A stretch of DNA of 64,000 bases from Candidatus Cryptobacteroides excrementigallinarum (GCA_018713015.1 DVFY01000018.1:39576-103575); one strand, 5' to 3'; positions 40,099 to 49,286 are shown, counted from the first letter of the stretch. Notes: a model not told the origin generated them from the sequence alone. Numbers and translations are program-made.

Positions 40099-40127
40099 GG
40101 GAGGCCCCGACAGGGGCTTCCTTTTTT
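40099..40127 (+). terminator. Intrinsic terminator after pckA
   Basis: GGAGGCCCC-GACA-GGGGCTTCC followed by a T6 tract. Confidence 0.85.
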
Positions 40128-40334
40128 GTATTTGGGATATTGCACCCGGTGTTGAATCCACACCAGCTTCACGTGGCGAATTCCGGGAATATCGGCACCG
40201 AACTGCCGCAGGCGCTGGAAATCCTGCATGGTTCCAAAAGCAATGATATTCCGGGCAGGATTGACGGGAAACCGCTCAATAAGCGGATAAATTGATATAT
40301 TTGCAACATTATTCTGAAACACAAACTGACATCT

Positions 40335-40886
40335 ATGACCGCCATTATCGTAATCGTAGCCATAGCCGCCGTCCTGGTGATATGGTTCATCGCCGTCCAG
40401 CGTAGACTGGTGGGCAAGGACGAACTCTGCAGCAATTCCATGAGCCAGATAGGCGTGCAGCAGAATAGCCGCTGGGATGCGGTCAGCGCCCTCGTGGAGC
40501 TTACGCGCTCCTACAACGAGCACGAGTACAAGACCCTCAAGGAGGTGATTGCACAGCGCCGGCAGATTGACGGACGCAGCAGCGCCGAGGAGGCTTCCGC
40601 CCAGGAGGGGCTCATCGGAGGCGCCATCTCGCGCATCAACCTCGTCGCGGAGCAGTATCCCCAGCTCAAGGCCAACGAGACCTACGCACGGACCATGGAA
40701 AGCATCAACCAGTACGAAAACAACGTGCGCGTGAGCCGCATGGTATTCAACGACGCCGTCACCGCGTACAACCGCATCGTGAGGCAGTTCCCCGACTCCA
40801 TTGTGGCCGGAATGCTGAAGTTCTCCGCCAGGGAATACCTCAAGGAACCCGAGGGCAAGACGGAAATGCCGCCGGTGAAGTTCTGA
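40335..40886 (+). CDS. lemA: LemA family protein
   Basis: N-terminal TM helix; AEQYPQLKANE, RMVFNDAVTAYN..QFP; TATATTTG at 40296-40303. Confidence 0.9.
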   Translation: MTAIIVIVAIAAVLVIWFIAVQRRLVGKDELCSNSMSQIGVQQNSRWDAVSALVELTRSYNEHEYKTLKEVIAQRRQIDGRSSAEEASAQEGLIGGAISRINLVAEQYPQLKANETYARTMESINQYENNVRVSRMVFNDAVTAYNRIVRQFPDSIVAGMLKFSAREYLKEPEGKTEMPPVKF

Positions 40887-40897
40887 GCAGGCAGCCT

Positions 40898-42550
40898 ATG
40901 AGACTATCCGCAACCTTAGCCGCCGCTCTGCTGGCGGCCACCCTTTCCTGCATCCCGGCATACCCGCTGAGCCCGGAAATACGCGACATCGACGTGACCG
41001 TGACCCTGCTGCCCGACGGGACGGCGGAAGTGAGCGAACGCTGGGACGTGTGCGCCGCTTCGGGCACGGAGTGGTATCTGGTGCGCCGGAATCTCGGAGA
41101 CATCAGAATCGGCGGGCTCGAAGTCAGCGACGAGAGCGGCCGCAGCTATGTCAACGAGGGCGAATGGGACACGGACCGGAGCATTTCCGAGAAAGCCGGA
41201 CGCTGCGGCGTCGTGACGAAGAACGACGGCGCGGAGATATGCTGGGGCATAGGCAGCCTGGGCGACCACGTCTTCGACGTAAGCTATTCCATGACGCGCA
41301 GCGTAAAGACTCTCAGCGACTACGACATGCTGCACCTGCAGACCGTCTCGCCCGGCCTGAGCTCCGAACCGGAGCACGTGAAGGTCACGGTGCGCGCACT
41401 TGAGCACCGCCTGGATACGACCAATACCCGCGCCTGGGGTTTCGGATACAGGGGCAGGGTGGATTTCCTCGACGGGGCGGTGGTGTTCGAGAGCACGGAG
41501 CCTTTTGTCAGGAACAGCTCGGTGATAGTCCTGCTGCGTTTCGAGAAGGGCATGTTCGACAGTCCCAGCGTACAGGACAGGAGCTTCAGCGATGTACTGG
41601 CCACCGCCATGGAAGGCTCTGATTTCAGCGGGTCCGACGACGGTTCGGCCGCTGCCGGGTTCGGCAAGCTCCTGGGACTGTTCATGCTCTGCATGACCGC
41701 AATGGTCGGAGTCGGAGTATGGCACCGGCACTCCACACGGAAGAAGATTCTTGGCGTCAAGCCGTCGGAGGTGGTATGGAGCCGCGAGATTCCCTTCGGA
41801 GGGGACCTGGAGGCGTCCGCCCGGACTCTCGACAGGCTCGGCTACAGATACAGCAGCGACACCCTTGCCGCCGCACTGATTCTGCGCATGGTCTACCGGG
41901 GAGCGATTTCCGTATCCAAGGACGAGAAGGGTCGCGTGGAGCTTTCCTTCAACGGCGGGAGCCTGGACAGCGGGGACAGTGCCGCGGACGAGCTCTTCGG
42001 CATGATGCTGCAGGCAAGCGGGAGCGACAGGGTGCTCCAGCACAAGGAGTTCTCGCGCTGGGCGTCGAAGCACGTGAAAAAAGTGGCGGGATGGGCGGAA
42101 AGAGCTCTCGGCAACGGCCGTGACCGCCTGCGCGACAGCGGCATGACGGACGCATCCGGCTATACTCCGGCCGGACAGGAGAACGCCCGCAAGCTGGTGG
42201 GGCTGAAGATGTTCCTGAAGGATTTCACCCTGATGGGCGAAAAGGACACCATCGAGGCCGTGCTCTGGCAGGACTATCTGGCCTACGGCGCGCTTTTCGG
42301 CATAGCCGACAAGGTGGCGGAGCAGCTCCGCGACATCAGCCCCGAGACCTTCAGGGAGGTCATGGACTACGACTACCCCACCATGCATGACCTGCTCTTC
42401 CAGACACGCATCCTCTCTCTCGCAATCACCAATTCCAAGGCCGAGGCAGCGGCTGCCGCCGCGAGCAGCGCACGCGGTCTGGGCGGCGGGGCGTCCTTCG
42501 GAGGAGGTGGCGGCTTCAGCGGAGGCGGCTTCGGCGGCGGCAGCCGCTGA
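40898..42550 (+). CDS. DUF2207-domain membrane protein
   Basis: Signal peptide, DVTVTLLPDGTAEVSE, TM helix, LWQDYLAYGALFGIADKV, Gly-rich GGGFSGGGFGGG tail; follows lemA. Confidence 0.85.
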   Translation: MRLSATLAAALLAATLSCIPAYPLSPEIRDIDVTVTLLPDGTAEVSERWDVCAASGTEWYLVRRNLGDIRIGGLEVSDESGRSYVNEGEWDTDRSISEKAGRCGVVTKNDGAEICWGIGSLGDHVFDVSYSMTRSVKTLSDYDMLHLQTVSPGLSSEPEHVKVTVRALEHRLDTTNTRAWGFGYRGRVDFLDGAVVFESTEPFVRNSSVIVLLRFEKGMFDSPSVQDRSFSDVLATAMEGSDFSGSDDGSAAAGFGKLLGLFMLCMTAMVGVGVWHRHSTRKKILGVKPSEVVWSREIPFGGDLEASARTLDRLGYRYSSDTLAAALILRMVYRGAISVSKDEKGRVELSFNGGSLDSGDSAADELFGMMLQASGSDRVLQHKEFSRWASKHVKKVAGWAERALGNGRDRLRDSGMTDASGYTPAGQENARKLVGLKMFLKDFTLMGEKDTIEAVLWQDYLAYGALFGIADKVAEQLRDISPETFREVMDYDYPTMHDLLFQTRILSLAITNSKAEAAAAAASSARGLGGGASFGGGGGFSGGGFGGGSR

Positions 42551-42569
42551 AATGTCTCCGGCGGCTCGG

Positions 42570-42857
42570 TCAGCGTTGGATTCTGAAGCCGAAGCTGAGG
42601 ATGAGCTTAAGGGTGTTCAGGGCCGTGTTCCTGTCATAGTCGCGCTCCGATTCGGGCAGTTCCTCGTAGGGTACGAGGCAGGGATGACGTTTCAGCCCGT
42701 CGTCGCGTTCCGGGCCCCAGGTCCAGCCTTCGGCCACCCTGCCGGCGGCCCAGACCTCATGCACGTTCTTCGCCATCAGCTCGACAAGCGGTTCCAGCTC
42801 ATCGGGCAGGCGTATGCCGGAAAGTTTCTCCGGACGGGGTATATATTGCTCTTTCAT
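42570..42857 (-). CDS. Stand-alone RyR (ryanodine receptor repeat) domain protein
   Basis: YIPRP..LPDEL..LVELMAKNVHEVWAAGRVAEGWTWGPERDD..KRHPCLVPYEELPESERDYDR, the canonical RyR repeat pattern. Confidence 0.93.
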   Translation of the reverse strand: MKEQYIPRPEKLSGIRLPDELEPLVELMAKNVHEVWAAGRVAEGWTWGPERDDGLKRHPCLVPYEELPESERDYDRNTALNTLKLILSFGFRIQR

Positions 42858-42860
42858 AAA

Positions 42861-43568
42861 CTATATCATATTGTTCGCGTCATCATTCAGGTGCTCGGCA
42901 ATCTTCCTGGTACCGAATTTCCAGAGCTTGAAGCAGAAGAACAGGAACACCAGCATCAGGGCCCCGCTGAGCGCCGGCGAGACGTCCATGACGAAAAGTA
43001 TGGAATCATAGAGGCCGTGGGCCAGAACCGGGGCCGCGACCACGAGCACGACATTGCGCGGCCTGCCGGCAGGACAGAACCTGACGAGCGAGAAATAATA
43101 GCCCATAAGCACGCCGAAGCAGAAATGGCCGGGAATCGAGAACAGCGCGCGCGGAATCGCGACCGAGAGGAAGTCTTCGGAATTCTGGAAGACATACATG
43201 AGATTCTCGAGCGCGGCGAAGCCCATGGAGACGCAGACGGCGTACACGATACCGTCCATCCGCTCGTCGAAATACGGGTTCATGCGAAGAAAGCGCCAGA
43301 GAACAAACAGTTTCGCCAGCTCCTCCGGTATGGCCGCCCCGAAGAACGCAGAGGCTATGCTGCCGCCGAACGAATGAATCTCCGGCGGATACAGCCCCGC
43401 CCAGCCGAAAGGGATTGACATGCAGAGAGAAAGGGGCACGGACATCAGCCCCCAGCCGAAGGCCTTGAGAAGCTGGCCGGCAGGCTCCGGCGACTGCCTG
43501 TCCTTGCGGAAGATGTAGAACAGCAGAATCGCCACCGGCAGAAGTGCGGAAAGAATTATCCAGAACAT
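42861..43568 (-). CDS. PrsW-family intramembrane glutamic metalloprotease
   Basis: Multi-TM; motifs PEELAK, GFAALEN, PGHFCFG, AHGLYD. Confidence 0.9.
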   Translation of the reverse strand: MFWIILSALLPVAILLFYIFRKDRQSPEPAGQLLKAFGWGLMSVPLSLCMSIPFGWAGLYPPEIHSFGGSIASAFFGAAIPEELAKLFVLWRFLRMNPYFDERMDGIVYAVCVSMGFAALENLMYVFQNSEDFLSVAIPRALFSIPGHFCFGVLMGYYFSLVRFCPAGRPRNVVLVVAAPVLAHGLYDSILFVMDVSPALSGALMLVFLFFCFKLWKFGTRKIAEHLNDDANNMI

Positions 43569-43582
43569 AGGCTTGTCAGAAT

Positions 43583-46500
43583 TTATTCATACAAATCAAC
43601 AGCCAGCGCCTCTATGCTGTCCATAATGTGCCTGTACTCCTCTTCCTGACGCATTCTCTCAGTCTCATCTTCATACGAATTCGCATAAAAAACCTCCATT
43701 TCACCCGTAATCGCATCATATCTGGACAAATCCCCGAAAGTATGGTCGAGCATCATCGTCGAGATGAGCTGGCCCCGTTCATCCACAGTATTGTATATGC
43801 TTGTCGTTATCCTGTTGTCCGGGTCGAACATTATGGACGCCTCCAGATAACCGTCAGCATTATATATCGATTTGCTCTTCGCATTGCCGCCGCTCTGAGG
43901 TGCGGGGACAAGTTTCCCGTCCTTGTCATAGCTGGCTACCATCAGGAGCTGGCTGTTCTCGTTGTATAATGAGACCATGCGGCTGAACCCGGCGTCTGCA
44001 TTGACCGGCTCCATCTCCTCGCCGAAAGCGGCACTCTCTATGAGATTCCCATACTTGTCATATGTATTCCGGTATGCTGCATATCCGTATCCGGGCTGAC
44101 GGCAGACGGTCAGGTCTCCCGAAGTGTCGTAGTACGACACGCCAAGGTGCCTCCCATAGTCATCATACTTGTTTTCAGCCCTGAAAAAGCCGTAAATGTT
44201 CTCCGTAGGCAAGCCGTTGACGTCGTAGAAGCTCATTTCGGCGATTCTGCCGAACGTGTCGTATGCGTTGGTCACCTTATGGAAACCTTCCCGGCTGACT
44301 ACAGGTTCATCCCCTGTACCGAAATATGCAATGCTCTCGACATATCCGGCGGGACTGAACGAATACCTGATCCTATGCGCGTCCAGCTGGGCGGCACGCA
44401 CCGGACGGCCTTCCGGACTGAAAGCCGCAACTGAAATCAGGAGACCGCGCCTGTATTCCATTTTCTTCACCGCCCAGCCGTCAGAATTCACTATCGGCTC
44501 CCCGTCGGCACCGAAACTGCGCTGCTCGACGATATTGCCATACTTGTCATAGTCGGCCTCCATCACGGAATAATTCATGTTGTTGAGGCCAGGCTCGAGA
44601 TTCTCGTCATAAACTTTCTCTACCACGGCATTCCCTCTTGCATCATATTCATATCTGACGCAGGCTGCATTGTTGTAACTCCGGACCGGATTGCCGTCCT
44701 CATCAAAGACAGCCATCTCAACACAATTGCCGTTATCATATTTCAGTTCGGCATACGCATACTGCAATGTAGGGGAAACCGTAAGTTCCCCTCCGCTGTC
44801 CAGGAACTCCACCTTTGCGACATTCCCCATGTCATCATATCCGAGATGCAGGCGATGCACCGACCCCATAGTCAGCGCATTGGCCGGAAGACCGTTTGCG
44901 GCGAAGGCGGACATTTCGACAAGCCTGCCGTCATGGAAACGCTGCCTCAGAGAGGAAAAACCTGCCATGCAGTTGACCGGCTCTCCCTTCTGCCCTAAAA
45001 CCTGCGCAAGTACCAGATTCCCGTCATCATCATAGTCATACCGCATCTCCGCATAGCCCTCCCTGACCTTCGCCCGATTACCGTTCACCCCATAGTTCAC
45101 TACGCTGAGCGGCCTGTTGTCGGAATCGAAATCCGTGACGAGATGATGGGCGCCCTGCATTGAATAGCACGGCAGTGAATCCGTTCCGAAGAACTGCATG
45201 TCGTTCGGTCTGCCGGCCCTGTCCACCCTGTATCTGGCAAGATGGAAACCGCCGTCCGACGAGGCGCCCTGCAGAGACCTGTCATAGTATACCGCCGGCA
45301 ATCCGTCCGGTCCGAAATATGCTATATCGTAGCCGTCGTCATGGAAACTGATTACAGAACTTGAGAAGCCCATGATATTTATGCACGGCTCTCCGTCATA
45401 TCCAAGGAATTCACCTTTCAGAACCCTGGAGGCGGGATTCCAGTCACTCAGGCCGATGGCATATTTCAATTCGTTGAGGCACAGGTTCCCGTCGGAATCG
45501 AAATAGGACTCGCTGTTCTGGAACCCGTTCGCATCATACGTATACCTTCGTCCGGCGACTCCGTACCTGTCTTCAGTCCTGTCGCCGTCCTCGTCCAGAT
45601 AATACATCTCCAAGACGCGGCCGTAATCATCTCGGACATATTCAATGCCGTAGATGCCGTTCTTGTCATGACCCGGTTCGTTTCTTCCGTTATATTTCTT
45701 GTACAGTTTCCTTACTGCCAAACCATTGGAATCATATTCATAGACATACCTGGCTATCTTCGAGTTGGTGTTCATGAAGAATCTTGACAGGTCGAAATCG
45801 CCGGATGTCATCCAGTTGGCTATTGAAGTTGTGGAGCCTGTCATGTTCGCTTCGTCCCCGGAGATCTGGTCCTTCAGATTCGCCTTGGTATAGTCAGGGC
45901 TGTAGTCCTCCTTGTAAAAGACCTTTCCCGTCGAATTCTTCCTGGTCACCGAAGTGAACACACCGTCTTCGTAACCCAATTCGAGAATTGCCGCCCTATC
46001 CGTTGAGGAAGTGCCCGTCTCTTCCATCACCGAGCCCCAGATATTGCAGGCCACCACTCTTCTCAACTTTCCGTAACGGCTCTCGAAACGGTAATATTTG
46101 TAACATTCGTCAAGTTCGTTCCGCTGCACGGGGAAAATGCCTTCAGGCATACCGTACCTGACCACATAGTCGACAAAATACTCTTTCTTCACCCTGGCGA
46201 AATCAATCAGGACCACAAGCGCACACATGGAAATGACCCCCAGGACGGAATAAACGGCATACCGCCTTCTGCGCTGCCGGGCATACCTGTCCCAAAGCTC
46301 TCCGAATTCGAGCCCCAGCATTCTTGCGACCGTCCTTACGAAAGCCATCCGCCGGCCGGCAGACGCCTCGTCCACCCCGAGAAGCTCCTTCTCCGGATGG
46401 GCTGCTACATACTCCCTTAAGACATCCGGGAAAAATTCAGAGACATCTTCTCCGTCCCTCCGACCCACGATATAGGGAATGATGTCCCTGCTCCGGCCCA

Positions 46501-46801
46501 TGTCCAGGAACAGCTTGACCTCCTTGTTCACCCAGTATGAAGAGGCGGAATTCCTTGAACATATCACGATGAGGAACTTCGAATCCGAAAGTTCCCTGGT
46601 AATTTCCTCGTTCAGCTCCCCCGCCCCGAAATCGGAGCCGTCCCTGACCACCGGCCTCAGGTATCGGGAATTCATGAACTCGTTCTGAATCGTTGTGGGC
46701 AGCTTGTAGGACTCCAGCCATCGCTGAAGACGCTTGGCCGTCCTGATATCCTTATGGCTGTAGCTTATGAAAGCATACTGCTTCTTTACAGATTCTTCCA
46801 T
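43583..46801 (-). CDS. TIR-domain single-pass membrane protein with a long YD/RHS-like repeat region
   Basis: AFISYSHKD..SKFLIVICSRNSASSYWVNKEV (TIR with conserved Glu); RRRRYAVYSVLGVISMCALVVLI TM; ~30-aa repeats YxYDxxGxxxExxYFDxxG; ATG at 46801 is 1 nt after the upstream stop. Confidence 0.85.
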   Translation of the reverse strand: MEESVKKQYAFISYSHKDIRTAKRLQRWLESYKLPTTIQNEFMNSRYLRPVVRDGSDFGAGELNEEITRELSDSKFLIVICSRNSASSYWVNKEVKLFLDMGRSRDIIPYIVGRRDGEDVSEFFPDVLREYVAAHPEKELLGVDEASAGRRMAFVRTVARMLGLEFGELWDRYARQRRRRYAVYSVLGVISMCALVVLIDFARVKKEYFVDYVVRYGMPEGIFPVQRNELDECYKYYRFESRYGKLRRVVACNIWGSVMEETGTSSTDRAAILELGYEDGVFTSVTRKNSTGKVFYKEDYSPDYTKANLKDQISGDEANMTGSTTSIANWMTSGDFDLSRFFMNTNSKIARYVYEYDSNGLAVRKLYKKYNGRNEPGHDKNGIYGIEYVRDDYGRVLEMYYLDEDGDRTEDRYGVAGRRYTYDANGFQNSESYFDSDGNLCLNELKYAIGLSDWNPASRVLKGEFLGYDGEPCINIMGFSSSVISFHDDGYDIAYFGPDGLPAVYYDRSLQGASSDGGFHLARYRVDRAGRPNDMQFFGTDSLPCYSMQGAHHLVTDFDSDNRPLSVVNYGVNGNRAKVREGYAEMRYDYDDDGNLVLAQVLGQKGEPVNCMAGFSSLRQRFHDGRLVEMSAFAANGLPANALTMGSVHRLHLGYDDMGNVAKVEFLDSGGELTVSPTLQYAYAELKYDNGNCVEMAVFDEDGNPVRSYNNAACVRYEYDARGNAVVEKVYDENLEPGLNNMNYSVMEADYDKYGNIVEQRSFGADGEPIVNSDGWAVKKMEYRRGLLISVAAFSPEGRPVRAAQLDAHRIRYSFSPAGYVESIAYFGTGDEPVVSREGFHKVTNAYDTFGRIAEMSFYDVNGLPTENIYGFFRAENKYDDYGRHLGVSYYDTSGDLTVCRQPGYGYAAYRNTYDKYGNLIESAAFGEEMEPVNADAGFSRMVSLYNENSQLLMVASYDKDGKLVPAPQSGGNAKSKSIYNADGYLEASIMFDPDNRITTSIYNTVDERGQLISTMMLDHTFGDLSRYDAITGEMEVFYANSYEDETERMRQEEEYRHIMDSIEALAVDLYE

Positions 46802-46802
46802 A

Positions 46803-49286
46803 TTATTCTTTCTCCTTAAGTCTGGCTTTTCCATGGCCGTCCACCATGATCAGGATGGCGGGGATGGCGCCGTTGAGCTTGCTGTCGTAGGGCTTGGCCC
46901 CGGGGTCCACCCTGTCGAGGTGGGCGAAGCTGCAGATGTTCGGGTGCACCCTGTCGGGACCGAACTTCAGAGCCTTCTTCATGGCGCTGAATTCTGTAAC
47001 GATGCGGCCGTATTCCATGGACCTGTAGCTCCCGCTCTTCTTCAGCGCGTCCCTCTCGCCGTCGTCCTTGTGCTCCCAGTCCACCTCCTTGCGCCACGCT
47101 TTCAGGGACGGCAGCGCCGCCTGCATGTCCTCGACCATCCTGCAAAGCTCCGCGTCCTGCTCCCGGTCGGCCGGGCCGAACTCCATGAGCAGCTGCTGCA
47201 TGTTCCAGCGGTTGTGCTCGCATTCGGCCAGAGACTCCCCGGCAGCGGCGATGGCGCCGTCCAGCCAGTCCTCAAGACCGGGCACCGCGAACAGGTCGTC
47301 GGGCAGGCTGCCGCAGACGGAGCGCAGTTTCTGGTACATGGAATCCACGAAATATCTGTTGGACCATTGCTGGTACACGGTGCACTCCTTCCAGGAATCC
47401 CGGAGGTCCTTCCATGTGGACTTGTCCGCCATGTCCCTCCCGGCGGCTCCGGCATTCTTTCCGTCGAAAATATACACTCCGTTGACCAGCACGGACTTGA
47501 TGTAGGACGAACGGTTGCGCATATATTCCCCGTAGGACATGCCGAAAGGGCGCAGCTTGGCGTAGCGTCCGTCGTTTCCGGGGGCTCCGTTGAGGTTGGC
47601 GACTATGTCCGAAGCCTCCTTCTGGTACACCCATATCTGCTGCACCTTGCGGTAGAGTTCGGAAGGCAGATAGAGGGCCGCCGCTATCGCATGGCTGGTC
47701 CGGTTGAGGCATACGGCCACCGTCAGGCGCGCGTTCCTCTCCGAAGCGGCGACGCGCAGGTATTCCCTTACTGGAGCCGACTCTATCTCGCCCTTTATGA
47801 ATTCGAATTCAGTATCGATGAAGTTCCCGTCTTCGCCGAGGTGCTTCCAGCGGCAGTCGGGGGCGGCCATGGGGTCGGTCCATCCCCTGTCGGCCGTGAA
47901 GGCGCCGGCTCCGCAGACTGCGGCGTCGAGATAGCGGTGGCGCGCCAGCCCGAACAGGCTGCGGTAGCGACCCTTCATGAACTCCATCTCCCTGTCGGCG
48001 TCCGAGGCTATGAAGCTGATGCGCGTGCGCGCCTTGCGGAAATTGGGATAATGCGCCTGGAAGGCGGCCTCGATTCCCATGGCCACGCCCATCTTCGACA
48101 TCCCGACGACTATGAAATGCACGAATTCCTCCGAATCGGAGGAGAGGCCGCCGAAACCGTCGAGCGGAGTATAGGACACGGCGCCCCCGGGGAAGGTGAG
48201 GTCGGCATAGCTCCCGTCCACCATGACCCTCTGCGCCCAGCACTCGTAGCGGTTGAAAGGGATGAACACCAGCCTGTCCCTGACCTCCCGGGGTATATCG
48301 GAGAACTGGAAGATGGAGAAGGTAGTCTGGTATTCGAACAGCACCTTGCATACCTTGCGGTGGGCTCCGGAATGCTTCGACAGTTCGGCGGCCAGAAGGT
48401 TGACGCACTTCATGTTGAGCGCATCGTGGGGACTCTCGCCTCCGTCATCCCCGGCATTCTCCCCGAGCACGTATATCTCGGTGGCCAGCTGAGGGTGCAG
48501 GGCGGCGATTTCCTCCGCCGAATCGCGGCGGGCGTTATAGATGACTACGCGGTCAAGCTCTCCGGCGGGCAGCTGGGACGCGAGCCTGTCCCTGAGCTCT
48601 TCGGGATTTCCGGCGGTCTGGAGCAGCACGTGGCGGTTCGCCCTCTCGCGCCTGAAATCGATGTCATCGGATTCCCCGGCCAGCAGGTTCCTGATGACCG
48701 ACGCGACTATCTCGTTGGCGCCTATGACTATGGCGAAATCCTCCCCGGTCTGGCCGGCGGAATATCTTATTTTGCCGCCGTACCACTGCTCACGGCGCTT
48801 GTCGAACCAGTTGATGAGGGTGGAGACCAGCAGGCCGGCGAGAAGGATGATGCCGAAGACCGCCAGGACCGCCGTCCAGCCCCGCGCGGCGGCGTTCTGG
48901 GTCATGTGCTGGTTGCCCGGGTCGATGAAATGGTAGAAGACGGACCAGAATATTCCGAATTCTTCGGCGTTGTCGGCCGAGGGCAGCATCTGCTCGGGGC
49001 CCAGCCCGCAGAGCATCACCGCAAAGGTCATCGAGAAGGGAAGCAGCACCACGAGGCACACGACCCGGCGCAGAAAGCTGCCCTTGACGAGCATAAGGTC
49101 GAACTCGATGCGGCGCCGGAACCACATCGTCAGGGCGCCTCCGAGGTATGCAAGGCCGGCAACCCCCAGCACGGTGCACACTACAGCCTCGGCGGTACCG
49201 CCGGATCCGGCGAAGAAAAAGACAGTCATGGCCGTCAGACCCGTCAGGATGGCGGCGCAGTCAAAACTCTTCCAATGGTCTTTCAT
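46803..49286 (-). CDS. CASTOR/POLLUX-like ion channel with two RCK-like domains and a C-terminal RyR-like region
   Basis: Four hydrophobic helices flanking FWSVFYHFIDPGNQH (pore-like); Rossmann starts FAIVIGANE and HFIVVGMSKMG; RyR-like LAECEHNRW..HPNICSFAHL..YD. Confidence 0.72.
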   Translation of the reverse strand: MKDHWKSFDCAAILTGLTAMTVFFFAGSGGTAEAVVCTVLGVAGLAYLGGALTMWFRRRIEFDLMLVKGSFLRRVVCLVVLLPFSMTFAVMLCGLGPEQMLPSADNAEEFGIFWSVFYHFIDPGNQHMTQNAAARGWTAVLAVFGIILLAGLLVSTLINWFDKRREQWYGGKIRYSAGQTGEDFAIVIGANEIVASVIRNLLAGESDDIDFRRERANRHVLLQTAGNPEELRDRLASQLPAGELDRVVIYNARRDSAEEIAALHPQLATEIYVLGENAGDDGGESPHDALNMKCVNLLAAELSKHSGAHRKVCKVLFEYQTTFSIFQFSDIPREVRDRLVFIPFNRYECWAQRVMVDGSYADLTFPGGAVSYTPLDGFGGLSSDSEEFVHFIVVGMSKMGVAMGIEAAFQAHYPNFRKARTRISFIASDADREMEFMKGRYRSLFGLARHRYLDAAVCGAGAFTADRGWTDPMAAPDCRWKHLGEDGNFIDTEFEFIKGEIESAPVREYLRVAASERNARLTVAVCLNRTSHAIAAALYLPSELYRKVQQIWVYQKEASDIVANLNGAPGNDGRYAKLRPFGMSYGEYMRNRSSYIKSVLVNGVYIFDGKNAGAAGRDMADKSTWKDLRDSWKECTVYQQWSNRYFVDSMYQKLRSVCGSLPDDLFAVPGLEDWLDGAIAAAGESLAECEHNRWNMQQLLMEFGPADREQDAELCRMVEDMQAALPSLKAWRKEVDWEHKDDGERDALKKSGSYRSMEYGRIVTEFSAMKKALKFGPDRVHPNICSFAHLDRVDPGAKPYDSKLNGAIPAILIMVDGHGKARLKEKE

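Noticed and set aside
42478-42546. GGCGGC-rich low-complexity repeat
   Set aside because: It simply encodes the normal Gly-rich tail of DUF2207 proteins
43583-45800. RHS polymorphic toxin
   Set aside because: No RHS core cleavage motif, toxin tip or immunity gene; the protein is membrane-anchored behind a TIR domain
42570-49286. Canonical Thoeris or CBASS system
   Set aside because: No SIR2/SLOG or Macro ThsA, no cyclase, and the TIR is fused to a large ectodomain
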